Positions 17,093 through 25,591 of a DNA stretch of 32,000 nucleotides are shown one piece after another. Position 1 is the first letter of the stretch. Each line of letters starts with the position of its first letter. A model generated the notes under the pieces. The model was not told the origin of the DNA, made no database searches, and saw only the letters and a program-made list of their open reading frames with translations. Made by a program: the position numbers and the translations under genes. Source of the DNA: Pseudomonas aeruginosa. GTDB taxonomy: Bacteria > Pseudomonadota > Gammaproteobacteria > Pseudomonadales > Pseudomonadaceae. The DNA lies in NCBI RefSeq assembly GCF_001457615.1, contig NZ_LN831024.1:330001-362000 (forward strand), given 5' to 3'.

Positions 17093-18487
17093 ATGACCCG
17101 CGAAGCCCTGATCGAATCGCTCAAGCCCCTGGTCGAGCCTGGCAAGCTGCTCGACGACGCCGCCTCCCTGGACGCCTACGGCAAGGACTGGACCAAGCAT
17201 TTCGCCCCTGCGCCGCTGGCCATCGTGTTCCCCAAGAGCGTCGAGCAGGTCCAGGCGATCGTCCGCTGGGCCAACCAGCACAAGGTCGGTCTGGTCCCGT
17301 CGGGCGGTCGTACCGGGCTCTCCGCCGCGGCCGTGGCGGCCAACGGCGAAGTCGTGGTGGCCTTCGACTACATGAACCGGATACTCGACTTCAATGCCTT
17401 CGACCGCACCGTAGTCTGCCAGCCGGGCGTGGTTACCAAGCAACTGCAGACCTTCGCCGAGGAAAACGGCCTGTACTACCCGGTTGACTTCGCTTCTTCC
17501 GGTTCCAGCCAGATCGGCGGCAATATCGGCACCAATGCCGGCGGGATCAAGGTCATTCGCTACGGCATGACCCGTAACTGGGTGGCCGGGATGAAGGTCG
17601 TCACCGGCAAGGGCGACCTGCTCGAGCTGAACAAGGACCTGATCAAGAACGCCACCGGCTACGATATGCGCCAGCTGTTCATCGGCGCCGAAGGCACCCT
17701 GGGCTTCGTGGTCGAGGCGACCATGCGCCTGGAGCGCACGCCGAAGAACCTCACCGCTATGGTCCTCGGCACGCCCGACTTCGACTCGATCATGCCGGTG
17801 CTGCATGCCTTCCAGAGCAAGCTCGACCTGACCGCCTTCGAGTTCTTCTCCGACAAGGCCCTGGCCAAGGTCCTGGCCCGTGGCGACGTACCGCGGGCGT
17901 TCGAAACCGACTGCCCGTTCTACGCCCTGCTGGAGTTCGAGGCGACCACCGAGGAAGTCGCCAACGAGGCGCTGGCCACCTTCGAGCACTGCGTCGAGCA
18001 GGGCTGGGTGCTGGACGGGGTGATGAGCCAGAGCGAGCAGCAGTTGCAGAACCTGTGGAAGCTGCGCGAGTACATCTCCGAGACCATCTCCCACTGGACG
18101 CCGTACAAGAACGACATCTCGGTCACGGTTTCCCGGGTGCCCGCCTTCCTCAAGGACATCGACGCCATCGTCGAGGCCAACTACCCGGACTTCGAGGTGG
18201 TGTGGTTCGGCCACATCGGCGACGGCAACCTGCACCTGAACATCCTCAAGCCGGAAAACCTCGGCAAGGACGAGTTCTTCGCCAAGTGCGCGACCGTCAA
18301 CAAGTGGGTGTTCGAGACCGTCGAGAAGTACAACGGCTCGATTTCCGCCGAGCATGGCGTGGGCATGACCAAGCGCGACTACTTGACCTACACCCGCTCG
18401 GAAACCGAAATTGCCTATATGAAGGCACTGAGGGCGGTGTTCGACCCCAACGGGATCATGAATCCCGGCAAGATCTTCGCCGAGTAG
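17093..18487 (+). CDS. FAD-linked oxidase (GlcD/D-2-hydroxyglutarate dehydrogenase-like)
   Basis: 464 aa from MTREALIESL. FAD-binding PCMH-type domain (VPSGGRTGLSAAAV, GGNIGTNAGGIKVIRYG) and a C-terminal FAD-oxidase_C region (SAEHGVGMTKRDYL). Divergent from serA. Confidence 0.85.
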   Translation: MTREALIESLKPLVEPGKLLDDAASLDAYGKDWTKHFAPAPLAIVFPKSVEQVQAIVRWANQHKVGLVPSGGRTGLSAAAVAANGEVVVAFDYMNRILDFNAFDRTVVCQPGVVTKQLQTFAEENGLYYPVDFASSGSSQIGGNIGTNAGGIKVIRYGMTRNWVAGMKVVTGKGDLLELNKDLIKNATGYDMRQLFIGAEGTLGFVVEATMRLERTPKNLTAMVLGTPDFDSIMPVLHAFQSKLDLTAFEFFSDKALAKVLARGDVPRAFETDCPFYALLEFEATTEEVANEALATFEHCVEQGWVLDGVMSQSEQQLQNLWKLREYISETISHWTPYKNDISVTVSRVPAFLKDIDAIVEANYPDFEVVWFGHIGDGNLHLNILKPENLGKDEFFAKCATVNKWVFETVEKYNGSISAEHGVGMTKRDYLTYTRSETEIAYMKALRAVFDPNGIMNPGKIFAE

Positions 18488-18503
18488 CAGGTGTCGCAAC
18501 GCA

Positions 18504-18530
18504 GAGGGCCGGTCATCCGGCCCTTCTCGT
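18504..18530 (+). terminator. Probable rho-independent terminator
   Basis: AGGGCCGG-tcat-CCGGCCCT followed by the T-rich tctcgtctg, 17 nt after the stop. Confidence 0.55.
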
Positions 18531-18578
18531 CTGTGGCGGGCGCCACGGATGCCTTTCCACCCGTTCAGGAGTCGGTAA

Positions 18579-19244
18579 ATGAGTTACCAGCATCAATATA
18601 TCGACGGCACCCCGATCCACTTCCCCCTGGGCAAGCTGGTCTGCGTCGGGCGCAACTACGCCGAACACGCCAAGGAACTGAACAACCCGGTTCCCACCGA
18701 GCCGCTGCTGTTCATCAAGCCCGGCTCCTGCGTGGTGCCGGTGAGCGGCGGGCTGAGCCTGCCGCAGGAGCGCGGCTCGGTACACTACGAGGCGGAAATC
18801 GCCGTGCTGATCGGCAAGCCGCTGTCGCGCAAGCCGAACCGCGAGGAGGTCCTCGACGCGATCTCCGGCTATGCGCCGGCGCTGGACCTGACCTTGCGCG
18901 AGGTCCAGGCGAAACTGAAGGAAAAGGGCCTGCCCTGGGAGCTGGCAAAGAGCTTCGATGGCGCCGGCGTGCTGTCGCCGTTCGTGAACGCCGACCAGTT
19001 TCCCGACCCGACCGACATCGGCATCCGCCTGACCATCAACGGCGAGGTGCGCCAGGACGGCAACAGCCGCGACATGCTCAATCCGATCGTGCCGCTGATC
19101 CAGCACATCGCCGGGCATTTCTCGCTACAGGCCGGCGATGTGGTGCTGACCGGCACGCCGTCCGGGGTCGGGCCGCTGAACAGCGGCGACGAGTTGCTGC
19201 TCGAATTGCCGGGCGCCAGCCGTTTCGAGACCCGCGTGCTCTGA
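18579..19244 (+). CDS. Fumarylacetoacetate-hydrolase-family protein (YcgM/FAHD-like)
   Basis: 221 aa with SD CAGGAG. Contains VCVGRNYAEHAKE, EAEIAVLIG and GDVVLTGTPSGVG blocks typical of the FAH fold. Confidence 0.8.
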   Translation: MSYQHQYIDGTPIHFPLGKLVCVGRNYAEHAKELNNPVPTEPLLFIKPGSCVVPVSGGLSLPQERGSVHYEAEIAVLIGKPLSRKPNREEVLDAISGYAPALDLTLREVQAKLKEKGLPWELAKSFDGAGVLSPFVNADQFPDPTDIGIRLTINGEVRQDGNSRDMLNPIVPLIQHIAGHFSLQAGDVVLTGTPSGVGPLNSGDELLLELPGASRFETRVL

Positions 19245-19325
19245 ACCGCTGCGGCCGCCGGGTGCGGCCGGCCTCCCTAGCGCCGGCAGCGGAAACGACT
19301 GTCGGTCGGCTGGCCGACGCTTCGA

Positions 19326-19354
19326 TTGACAGGCCGGGGGCAATGCCCTTTCAT
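19326..19354 (+). promoter_or_regulatory. Candidate sigma-70 promoter for the downstream YjiK-like gene
   Basis: TTGACA (perfect -35), a 17-nt spacer, then TTTCAT (a weak -10 with 3/6 matches). This is a pattern match only. Confidence 0.3.
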
Positions 19355-19399
19355 GGCGACGCCCAAGAAAACACCTGGCCAAACAGTCGAGCCTCGCCC

Positions 19400-20332
19400 A
19401 TGTCCCTTGCCTCCAAGCTTCCCCGTTTCCGCTGGCTGCTGCCGGCGTTCGTCGTGCTCGTCGGCGTGGTGCTGACCATCGTCATGCATTGGGACGATCG
19501 CGCCGGCCTTTGGTGGAAGGAAAGCCAGGCCAGCCAGCAGCAGCGCGACGAAAGCATCTGGCTGCCGGGCTATCGGGTGGTGATCGACGCCAAGCCGTTG
19601 CAGGGCCTGGAGGAGGAAGAAACCTCGGACCTGGCCTACAACCCGGCAACCAGGACCCTGTTCACCGTTACCGGCAAGCGGCCGCTGCTGGTGGAGCTGT
19701 CGCTCACCGGCGACGTGCTGCGCACCATCCCGCTGCTCGGCCTGAGCAATCCCGAAGGCGTGGCGGTGCTGGAGAACGGCAACGTCGCGGTGACCGACGA
19801 GCGCCGCAATACCCTGACCATCTTCCATGTCGACCCGCAGACCGCCGAGCTGAGCACCAAGAGCCTGGCCGAATTCCCGCTGGGCAATATCGGCAAGAAG
19901 AACAAGGGCTTCGAGGGCATCGCCTGGGATCCGCGCCAGCAGCGTCTGTTGCTGAGCAAGGAGCGCGATCCGATGACCCTGTTCAGCTGGAAGAGCGACG
20001 GCGGGCCGAGCCTGAGCGGGGCGATGACCGCGCTACCGAGCGACGACCTGTACATGCGCAACGTCTCGGCCCTCAGCGTCGACCCGCGTACCGGCCATAC
20101 CCTGGTGCTGTCGGCCGAATCGCATCTGCTGCTGGAGCTGGACGAGAAGGGCGAGCCGGTCAGCTTCATCAGCCTGCTCGGCGGCTTCAACGGCCTGGAC
20201 AGCAAGATCCCGCGCGCCGAAGGGGTGGCCATCGACGACGAGGGCACCATCTACATGGTCAGCGAGCCGAACCTGTTCTACGTGTTCCGCAAGAAGAGCG
20301 GCGAGCGCCTGGCCACCAGCGACGCCGATTAA
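19400..20332 (+). CDS. SdiA-regulated-domain / YjiK-like beta-propeller protein with N-terminal membrane anchor (carP paralog)
   Basis: 310 aa from MSLASKLPRFRWLLPAFVVLVGVVLTIV. Shares long blocks with the 27891-28856 product (SIWLPGYRV.I.A.P..GL, RTLFTVT, L.GDVLRTIPL, NKGFEGIAWD, EGVA.DD.G..Y.VSEPNLFYVF). The 909 bp upstream of it in the same frame are off-frame noise over the FAH gene. The start is uncertain (alternative ATG at 19343). Confidence 0.75.
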   Translation: MSLASKLPRFRWLLPAFVVLVGVVLTIVMHWDDRAGLWWKESQASQQQRDESIWLPGYRVVIDAKPLQGLEEEETSDLAYNPATRTLFTVTGKRPLLVELSLTGDVLRTIPLLGLSNPEGVAVLENGNVAVTDERRNTLTIFHVDPQTAELSTKSLAEFPLGNIGKKNKGFEGIAWDPRQQRLLLSKERDPMTLFSWKSDGGPSLSGAMTALPSDDLYMRNVSALSVDPRTGHTLVLSAESHLLLELDEKGEPVSFISLLGGFNGLDSKIPRAEGVAIDDEGTIYMVSEPNLFYVFRKKSGERLATSDAD

Positions 20333-20366
20333 GCTTCGCTTAAGCGCCGATTAAGCCTGGTTTCAG
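20329..20366 (+). promoter_or_regulatory. Array of four 11-bp-phased direct repeats (TTAAG x3 + TTCAG): BqsR/CarR-box-type operator upstream of carO
   Basis: TTAAG at 20329, 20340 and 20351, and TTCAG at 20362, each followed by 6 nt. This matches the TTAAG-N6-TTAAG tandem repeat reported for the response regulator BqsR (=CarR), and carO is a reported CarSR target. Confidence 0.65.
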
Positions 20367-20415
20367 CAAGGCTTCGTAGCCTGGACCCATCGAAACCAAC
20401 TACGAGGCGTTACCC

Positions 20416-20766
20416 ATGAAACTTCGTCACCTGCCCCTCATCGCTGCCATCGGCCTGTTCTCCACCGTCACCCTGGCCGCCGGCTATACCGGCCCGGGCG
20501 CTACCCCGACCACCACCACGGTGAAGGCCGCGCTGGAAGCCGCCGACGACACCCCGGTGGTCCTCCAGGGCACCATCGTCAAGCGCATCAAGGGCGACAT
20601 CTACGAGTTCCGCGATGCCACCGGCAGCATGAAGGTCGAGATCGACGACGAAGACTTCCCGCCGATGGAAATCAACGACAAGACCCGGGTCAAGCTGACC
20701 GGCGAAGTCGACCGCGACCTGGTCGGCCGCGAGATCGACGTCGAGTTCGTCGAAGTGATCAAGTAA
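20416..20766 (+). CDS. carO: Periplasmic OB-fold protein, YgiW/BOF family (calcium-regulated OB-fold protein)
   Basis: 116 aa with a signal peptide ending TLA/AG. YgiW-type core VVLQGTIVKRIKGDIYEFRDATGSMKVEID...EIDVEFVEVIK. Its position matches PA0320. Confidence 0.85.
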   Translation: MKLRHLPLIAAIGLFSTVTLAAGYTGPGATPTTTTVKAALEAADDTPVVLQGTIVKRIKGDIYEFRDATGSMKVEIDDEDFPPMEINDKTRVKLTGEVDRDLVGREIDVEFVEVIK

Positions 20767-20776
20767 GGCCCTGAAT

Positions 20777-20816
20777 CGAAACGGCCCGCCTCCCGGAAGA
20801 GAGGCGGGCCGTTTCG
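20777..20816. terminator. Long-stem bidirectional terminator between carO and the deacetylase gene
   Basis: CGAAACGGCCCGCCTC-ccggaaga-GAGGCGGGCCGTTTCG: 16-bp perfect stem including AAA/TTT arms. Confidence 0.8.
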
Positions 20817-20846
20817 CGTTCCGACCGGGCGAAGTTGCGGGCGGGC

Positions 20847-21881
20847 TTACCGGTGAACCCCTTCGAAACCCTGTAGCACGTTCACCGCGTTGATCCCGAT
20901 TTCCTCCACCGCGTAGCCTCCCTCCATCACGAACAGCGTGGCCAGGCCGAGCTTGCCGATGGCTTCGCCCATGCGCAGGTAGTCGGGGCTGTCCAGGCGG
21001 AACTGGGAAATCGGGTCCTCCTTGAAGGTATCCACCCCCAGGGAAACGATCAGGACGTCCGCCGCATAGGCCTGGATCTGCCGGATCGCCGCCTGCAGCG
21101 CCTGGCTCCAGGTCGCCCAGTCGCTGCCGGCCGCCAGTGGGTAGTTGAAGTTGTAGCCGGTGCCGACGCCGTTGCCCTTCTCGTCGGCGTAGCCGAGGAA
21201 ATAGGGGTATTCGAAGCGCGGATCGCCGTGGATCGAGGTGAACAGCACATCGGCGCGGTCGTAGAAGATGTCCTGGGTGCCGTTGCCATGGTGGTAGTCG
21301 ACGTCGAGGATCGCCACCCGCCCGGCGCCCCGGTCGAGGAAGGCCTGGGCGGCGATGGCGGCATTGTTGAAGAAGCAATAGCCGCCCATGTAGTCGGCCG
21401 CGGCGTGGTGGCCCGGCGGGCGACAGAGCGAAAATACCGAGCGCGCGCCGTTGGCGAGTTCGGACTGGCCGCTGAGGGCGACGTTGGCCGAACTGGTGAT
21501 CGCCTGCCAGGTCCCGGCGGTGATCGGCGCGCCGGCGTCGAAGGAGTAGTAGCCGAGGCGACCGTCGATGTTGTCCGGCTCCGTCTGCCGCAGGCGCCGG
21601 GTCGGCCAGGCGATCGGCAGCATGTCGTGGCTGCGGCCGGTGGCCAGCCAGTCCTGCCAGGCGTTCTGCAGGAAACGCACGAAACCCTCGCTGTGCACCC
21701 GGCGGATCGGTTCCAGGCCGAAGTCGCGCGGTGCGCGGACTTCGCCGAGGCCGACGGCCTTCACGCGGTCGAGGACCATATCGGCGCGGCTGGGTTTTTC
21801 GAAGCAGGGGGTGAACTGGCCGCCGATCAGTTCGTGCCGGCCGTGGTGCAGGCGATGGTCGTCGCTGTAGATGGTCAGCAT
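20847..21881 (-). CDS. Acetylpolyamine amidohydrolase (HDAC/arginase-fold deacetylase)
   Basis: 344 aa with SD GGGAG. HDAC-family motifs RPPGHHA, DVDYHHGNGTQDIF and EGGY. Starts 15 bp downstream of the permease stop, so the two are probably co-transcribed. Corresponds to the PA0321-type APAH as I recall it. Confidence 0.85.
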   Translation of the reverse strand: MLTIYSDDHRLHHGRHELIGGQFTPCFEKPSRADMVLDRVKAVGLGEVRAPRDFGLEPIRRVHSEGFVRFLQNAWQDWLATGRSHDMLPIAWPTRRLRQTEPDNIDGRLGYYSFDAGAPITAGTWQAITSSANVALSGQSELANGARSVFSLCRPPGHHAAADYMGGYCFFNNAAIAAQAFLDRGAGRVAILDVDYHHGNGTQDIFYDRADVLFTSIHGDPRFEYPYFLGYADEKGNGVGTGYNFNYPLAAGSDWATWSQALQAAIRQIQAYAADVLIVSLGVDTFKEDPISQFRLDSPDYLRMGEAIGKLGLATLFVMEGGYAVEEIGINAVNVLQGFEGVHR

Positions 21882-21896
21882 GTCGGGCTCCCGGGC

Positions 21897-23291
21897 TCAG
21901 TTCTGTTCGGAGAAGGTCACGGTCGGCGCCTTGCGGCGGAAACCGCCGGTATGCAACGCCAGGTAGGCGAGGCCGGCGGCGAACCAGGTCAGGCCGATCA
22001 CCAGGGTCAGCGCCGAGAGGCTGGTCCACAGCCACAGGGTCAGGCCCAGGCCGATGGCCGGCACCAGCCCGTAGCGCAGCAGGTCGCGCGGGGCGCGGCG
22101 GCCGTCGAGCAGCAGGTAGCTGCGGATCACCGCCAGGTTCACCGCGGAGAACGCCACCAGCGCGCCGAAGCTGATCATCGAGGCCAGGGTGGTGAGGTCG
22201 ATGACCACCGCCAGCAGGGAAATCACCGAGACCACCAGGATCGCGATCACTGGCGTCTTGAAGCGCTCCGAGAGGCTGCCGAACACGCGCCGCGGCAGGA
22301 TGCCGTCGCGGCCCATGCTGTAGAGGATGCGCGACACCGAGGCCTGCGAGGCCAGCGCCGAGCCGGCGGCGCCGGCGACGTAGGCGGCGGTGAAGAAGCT
22401 GGCGAGGAACTTGCCGCCGGCCGCCAGCATCACTTCGTTGGCCGCCGACTCGGCGTCCTGGAATACGCTGCCGGGGAACACCAGTTGGCTGAAGACCGCC
22501 AGCACGGTGAACAGCAGGCCGGCGCCGACCGTGGTGATGACGATGGCGCGCGGGATGTCGCGTTGCGGGTCGCGGGTTTCCTCGGCCAGGGTCGAGACCG
22601 CGTCGAAGCCGAGGAACGACAGGCACAGCACCGCCGCGCCGGCCATCAACGGGGCGAAGCCCGGCTGGCTGCCGTCGCCGACGAAGGGCAGGCTCAGGTC
22701 CAGCGAGGGGATGCCGGCCAGGTGCTTGACCGCCATGGCGACGAACACCACGGCGAAGACGAACTGGGCGCCGACGATCACGTTGCTCATGCCGGCCACC
22801 GAGCTGATGCCGATCGCGTTGAGCACGGTGACCAGGCAGATCGCCGCGAGCACGAAGACCCAGGCCGGCACCATCGGGAAGGCGATGTTGAGGAACAGGC
22901 CGATGAGCAGGTAGTTGATCATCGGCAGGAACAGGTAGTCGAGCAGCAGCGACCAGCCGGCGAGGAAGCCGACGCAGGGGCCGAAGCTGAGGCTGGTATA
23001 GGAATAGGCCGAGCCGGCGATGGGATATTTCTTCACCATGAAGCTGTAGGAAAAGGCGGTGAAGAGCATCGCCGCCAGGGTGATCAGGTAGGCGCTGGCG
23101 GTACGACCGCCGGTGATCTCGGTGACTACCCCGTAGGTGGTGAACATGGTCAGCGGAACCATGTAGACCAGCCCGAAGAAGACCAGGGCGGGAAGCCCGA
23201 GGATGCGCCGCAGGCCGGTGCCCTGGGCGCTGTGGACGTACTCGGGGCGCTTGCCGCCGATGAGGATGCCGTTGTTGCGTTCGCTGGCCAT
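21897..23291 (-). CDS. APC-superfamily amino-acid/polyamine permease (PuuP-like)
   Basis: 464 aa with SD GAGGAG. About 12 predicted TM segments and APC-type N-terminal LGLPALVFFGLVYMVP. First gene of a two-gene unit with the deacetylase. Confidence 0.85.
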   Translation of the reverse strand: MASERNNGILIGGKRPEYVHSAQGTGLRRILGLPALVFFGLVYMVPLTMFTTYGVVTEITGGRTASAYLITLAAMLFTAFSYSFMVKKYPIAGSAYSYTSLSFGPCVGFLAGWSLLLDYLFLPMINYLLIGLFLNIAFPMVPAWVFVLAAICLVTVLNAIGISSVAGMSNVIVGAQFVFAVVFVAMAVKHLAGIPSLDLSLPFVGDGSQPGFAPLMAGAAVLCLSFLGFDAVSTLAEETRDPQRDIPRAIVITTVGAGLLFTVLAVFSQLVFPGSVFQDAESAANEVMLAAGGKFLASFFTAAYVAGAAGSALASQASVSRILYSMGRDGILPRRVFGSLSERFKTPVIAILVVSVISLLAVVIDLTTLASMISFGALVAFSAVNLAVIRSYLLLDGRRAPRDLLRYGLVPAIGLGLTLWLWTSLSALTLVIGLTWFAAGLAYLALHTGGFRRKAPTVTFSEQN

Positions 23292-23676
23292 GTTCCGCTC
23301 CTCGCGAAATGCCGTATCGATCCCGCAGGCGGCCGCTTGGGCGGACCTTTCCTGCGCCGGGTGAATGGACGGGCTAGTGGAAAACCGCTGGGGTTTCCGC
23401 CGGGTCGGTGGAAATGGCAGTGACGAGAGGGCGCGCGGCGTGTGCGGGCACGGGCGTTGGGGCGTCGATAGTGTTCATGGCGTTCTCAGGAAGCGTTCTT
23501 GTTGGATTTCTAGCTCGCGGTCGCGAGGTTCCCTTGGGCTCTGCCGGCGCCGTTTCCGCGGCTCCGGGCGACCCCTCGAGGAGGGCGCGGTTCGACTCTA
23601 GCAATCCGGTTTCGCCGGGGAGAACCCTGTAGACGGTCAAAAAGGGATCGAAATGGCCAAGCTGGCTGGCCGGCCA

Positions 23677-23703
23677 GCGCTGGCGCGAGCTGGCCGCCAG
23701 CGC
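23677..23703 (-). terminator. GC-rich hairpin just after the binding-protein gene (possible terminator)
   Basis: GCGCTGGCG-(9 nt)-CGCCAGCGC: 9-bp perfect stem, 8 nt after the stop. A T5 run on the transcribed (minus) strand lies about 40 nt further on, so this is not a canonical intrinsic terminator. Confidence 0.35.
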
Positions 23704-23711
23704 CGCGTCGA

Positions 23712-24755
23712 TCATTTCTTAAGCTTGGTCCAGACCTTGCTGCGCAACGCCAGGGCTTTCGGCGAGCAGAGCTTGAACGGCTTCAGGCGGTCGAGCTTGT
23801 CCTGCGGGGTGTTGATCGCCGGGTCGTCGAACAGTGCTTTCTCCATGAATTTCTCCGAGCCGACGATGGCGTTGTTGTACTTGGCGAAGTTGGAGGCGGC
23901 GGCGATGTTCTCCGGGCGCATCATCCAGTCGATGAAGACGTGGGCTTCCTTGACGTTGCTGGCGTCGCGCGGAATCGCGAAGTTGTCGATGAACAGCCGG
24001 ATGCCTTCCTTCGGATAGACGTATTCGAGGCTGGCGCGTTGGGCGTGGGCGCGGTGGAAGGCGCCGTTCCACTGCTGGTGCATGGCGACCTCGCCGGCGG
24101 CCATGCGCTCGATGGTGCCGTCGCTGTTGTACATGGCCAGCGCCGGCTTTTGCCTGAGCAGCAGGTCGAGGACCTTCTGCGCTTCCCTGGCGTCCTCGGT
24201 GCATTCGTCGATGCCGAGGTAGTAGGTGGCGGGAATGAACAGTTCCTCGATGGAGTTCAGAGCCACCACCTTGCCTTTCAGCTCGGCTGGTGGTTCGAAG
24301 AACGGCTTCCAGCTTTCTTCCAGCCTGCCGCCCGGCACCTTCGCCGTATCGTAGCTGTAGCCGGTGGTGCCCCAGAGATAGGGAATGCTGTAGTCGTGGC
24401 CGGGATCGAAGCCAAGGGTCCGGAAGTTTTCCTTCAGATTGCCCAGGCTCGGCAACTGGCTCTTGTCGAGCTTTTGCAGCAGCCCCTCCTTGACGAATAT
24501 TTCTATGAAACTGTCCGACGGCACCACCACGTCGTAGGCGCCGCCACCGGCCTTGAGCTTGGCCAGCAGCGTCTCGTTGCTGTCGTAGGCGTCGAGGGTG
24601 GCCTTGATCCCGGTGTCCTTCTCGAACTTCTTCAGCAACTCCGGCGGGTAGTAGTCCGACCAGTTGGCGAAGTGCAGGGTGCCTTCGGCGCGAGCCTGGC
24701 CGCCCAGGGCTAGACCGGCGGCGAAGAGCAGGGTGAGCGGTGTGCGGTAGGTCAT
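23712..24755 (-). CDS. Periplasmic polyamine-type binding protein, PotD/PotF family (SpuE paralog)
   Basis: 347 aa from MTYRTPLTLLFAAGLALGGQARA/EG (SD CAGGAG). Shares LHF.NW.DY, YDSNETL.AKL, YDVVVPS, QKLDKSQLP and PYLWGTTGY with SpuE. The longer 575-aa ORF is an off-frame extension over the permease gene. Confidence 0.85.
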   Translation of the reverse strand: MTYRTPLTLLFAAGLALGGQARAEGTLHFANWSDYYPPELLKKFEKDTGIKATLDAYDSNETLLAKLKAGGGAYDVVVPSDSFIEIFVKEGLLQKLDKSQLPSLGNLKENFRTLGFDPGHDYSIPYLWGTTGYSYDTAKVPGGRLEESWKPFFEPPAELKGKVVALNSIEELFIPATYYLGIDECTEDAREAQKVLDLLLRQKPALAMYNSDGTIERMAAGEVAMHQQWNGAFHRAHAQRASLEYVYPKEGIRLFIDNFAIPRDASNVKEAHVFIDWMMRPENIAAASNFAKYNNAIVGSEKFMEKALFDDPAINTPQDKLDRLKPFKLCSPKALALRSKVWTKLKK

Positions 24756-24802
24756 GATGGACTCCTGGCGATCTTCTGTTTTTTCTTCGTGGAGGCAGGT
24801 TC

Positions 24803-25591
24803 TCAGCGGCGGCGTTGGCCGAGGTAGTACGACAGGGCGACGAAGGCGATGGAAATCATGAGGATGATCGAGGAAATCGCATTGATCTTCGGGGATATGC
24901 CCATGCGAATGGAACTGAAGATGTACACCGGCAGGGTGGTTGCGCCGGCGCCGGCGACGAAATAGGTGATGACGAAATCGTCCATCGAGATGATGAACGC
25001 GAGCATCGCCCCGGACAGCACGCCGGGCATCAGCAGCGGCAGGGTGATTTTCCAGAAGGCCTTCCACGGCGAGGCGTAGAGGTCGGCGGCGGCCTCCGCC
25101 AGGCGCGGGTCCAGGCCCTCCAGGCGGGCGCGGATCGGCAGGTAGGCGAAGGGGATGCAGAACACGATGTGGGCGATGAGGATGGTGAACAACGACAGCT
25201 TCAGGCCGATGAAGGAGAAGAACATCAGGGTCGCCACCGCAGTGACGATCTCCGGCACCAGCAGCGGCAGGCCGAGAACGCCGTTCATCAGGGTCTGCCC
25301 GCGGAAGGCGCGACCGCGCATGCCCAGCGCGGCGAGGGTGGCCAGGACGGTCGAGGCCAGGGTGGCGAGGGTGGCGACGAGCAGCGAGTTCTTCGCCGCG
25401 CGGAGGATTTCCGGATCGTTGGCCACCACCGCATACCATTTCAGGCTGAAGCTCTCCCAGAGCGTCGCCGACTGGCCGCTGTTGAAGCTGAGCACTACCA
25501 GCACCAGGATCGGGATGTAGAGGAAGGCGAAGAACAGCCAGGCGGCCTGGCGCACGCCGCTGAAGGTCCAGAGTGGATTGCGGCCGTTCAT
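24803..25591 (-). CDS. ABC transporter permease (PotC/PotI-like)
   Basis: 262-aa polytopic protein with EAA loop LAEAAADLYASPWKAFWKITLP. Its start overlaps the upstream permease stop (ATGA). Confidence 0.85.
   Translation of the reverse strand: MNGRNPLWTFSGVRQAAWLFFAFLYIPILVLVVLSFNSGQSATLWESFSLKWYAVVANDPEILRAAKNSLLVATLATLASTVLATLAALGMRGRAFRGQTLMNGVLGLPLLVPEIVTAVATLMFFSFIGLKLSLFTILIAHIVFCIPFAYLPIRARLEGLDPRLAEAAADLYASPWKAFWKITLPLLMPGVLSGAMLAFIISMDDFVITYFVAGAGATTLPVYIFSSIRMGISPKINAISSIILMISIAFVALSYYLGQRRR

Noticed and set aside
18491-19399. N-terminal 303 codons of the 613-aa ORF that ends as the YjiK-like gene
   Set aside because: This part overlaps the FAH-family gene in a different frame and reads as an R/P/A/G-rich off-frame translation. 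The recognisable protein (TM anchor plus propeller, alignable to CarP) begins at 19400.
23719-23734. TTAAGCTTGG identical to the start of the carP box, at the 3' end of the PotD-like gene
   Set aside because: The position 11 bp downstream reads CCAGA, so there is no second TTAAG/TTCAG repeat. The site lies inside coding sequence and points away from any promoter.
24756-25439. N-terminal extension of the 575-aa ORF that ends as the PotD-like binding protein
   Set aside because: The extension overlaps the PotC-like permease gene out of frame and is P/R/G-rich. A CAGGAG SD and a canonical signal peptide start at 24755.
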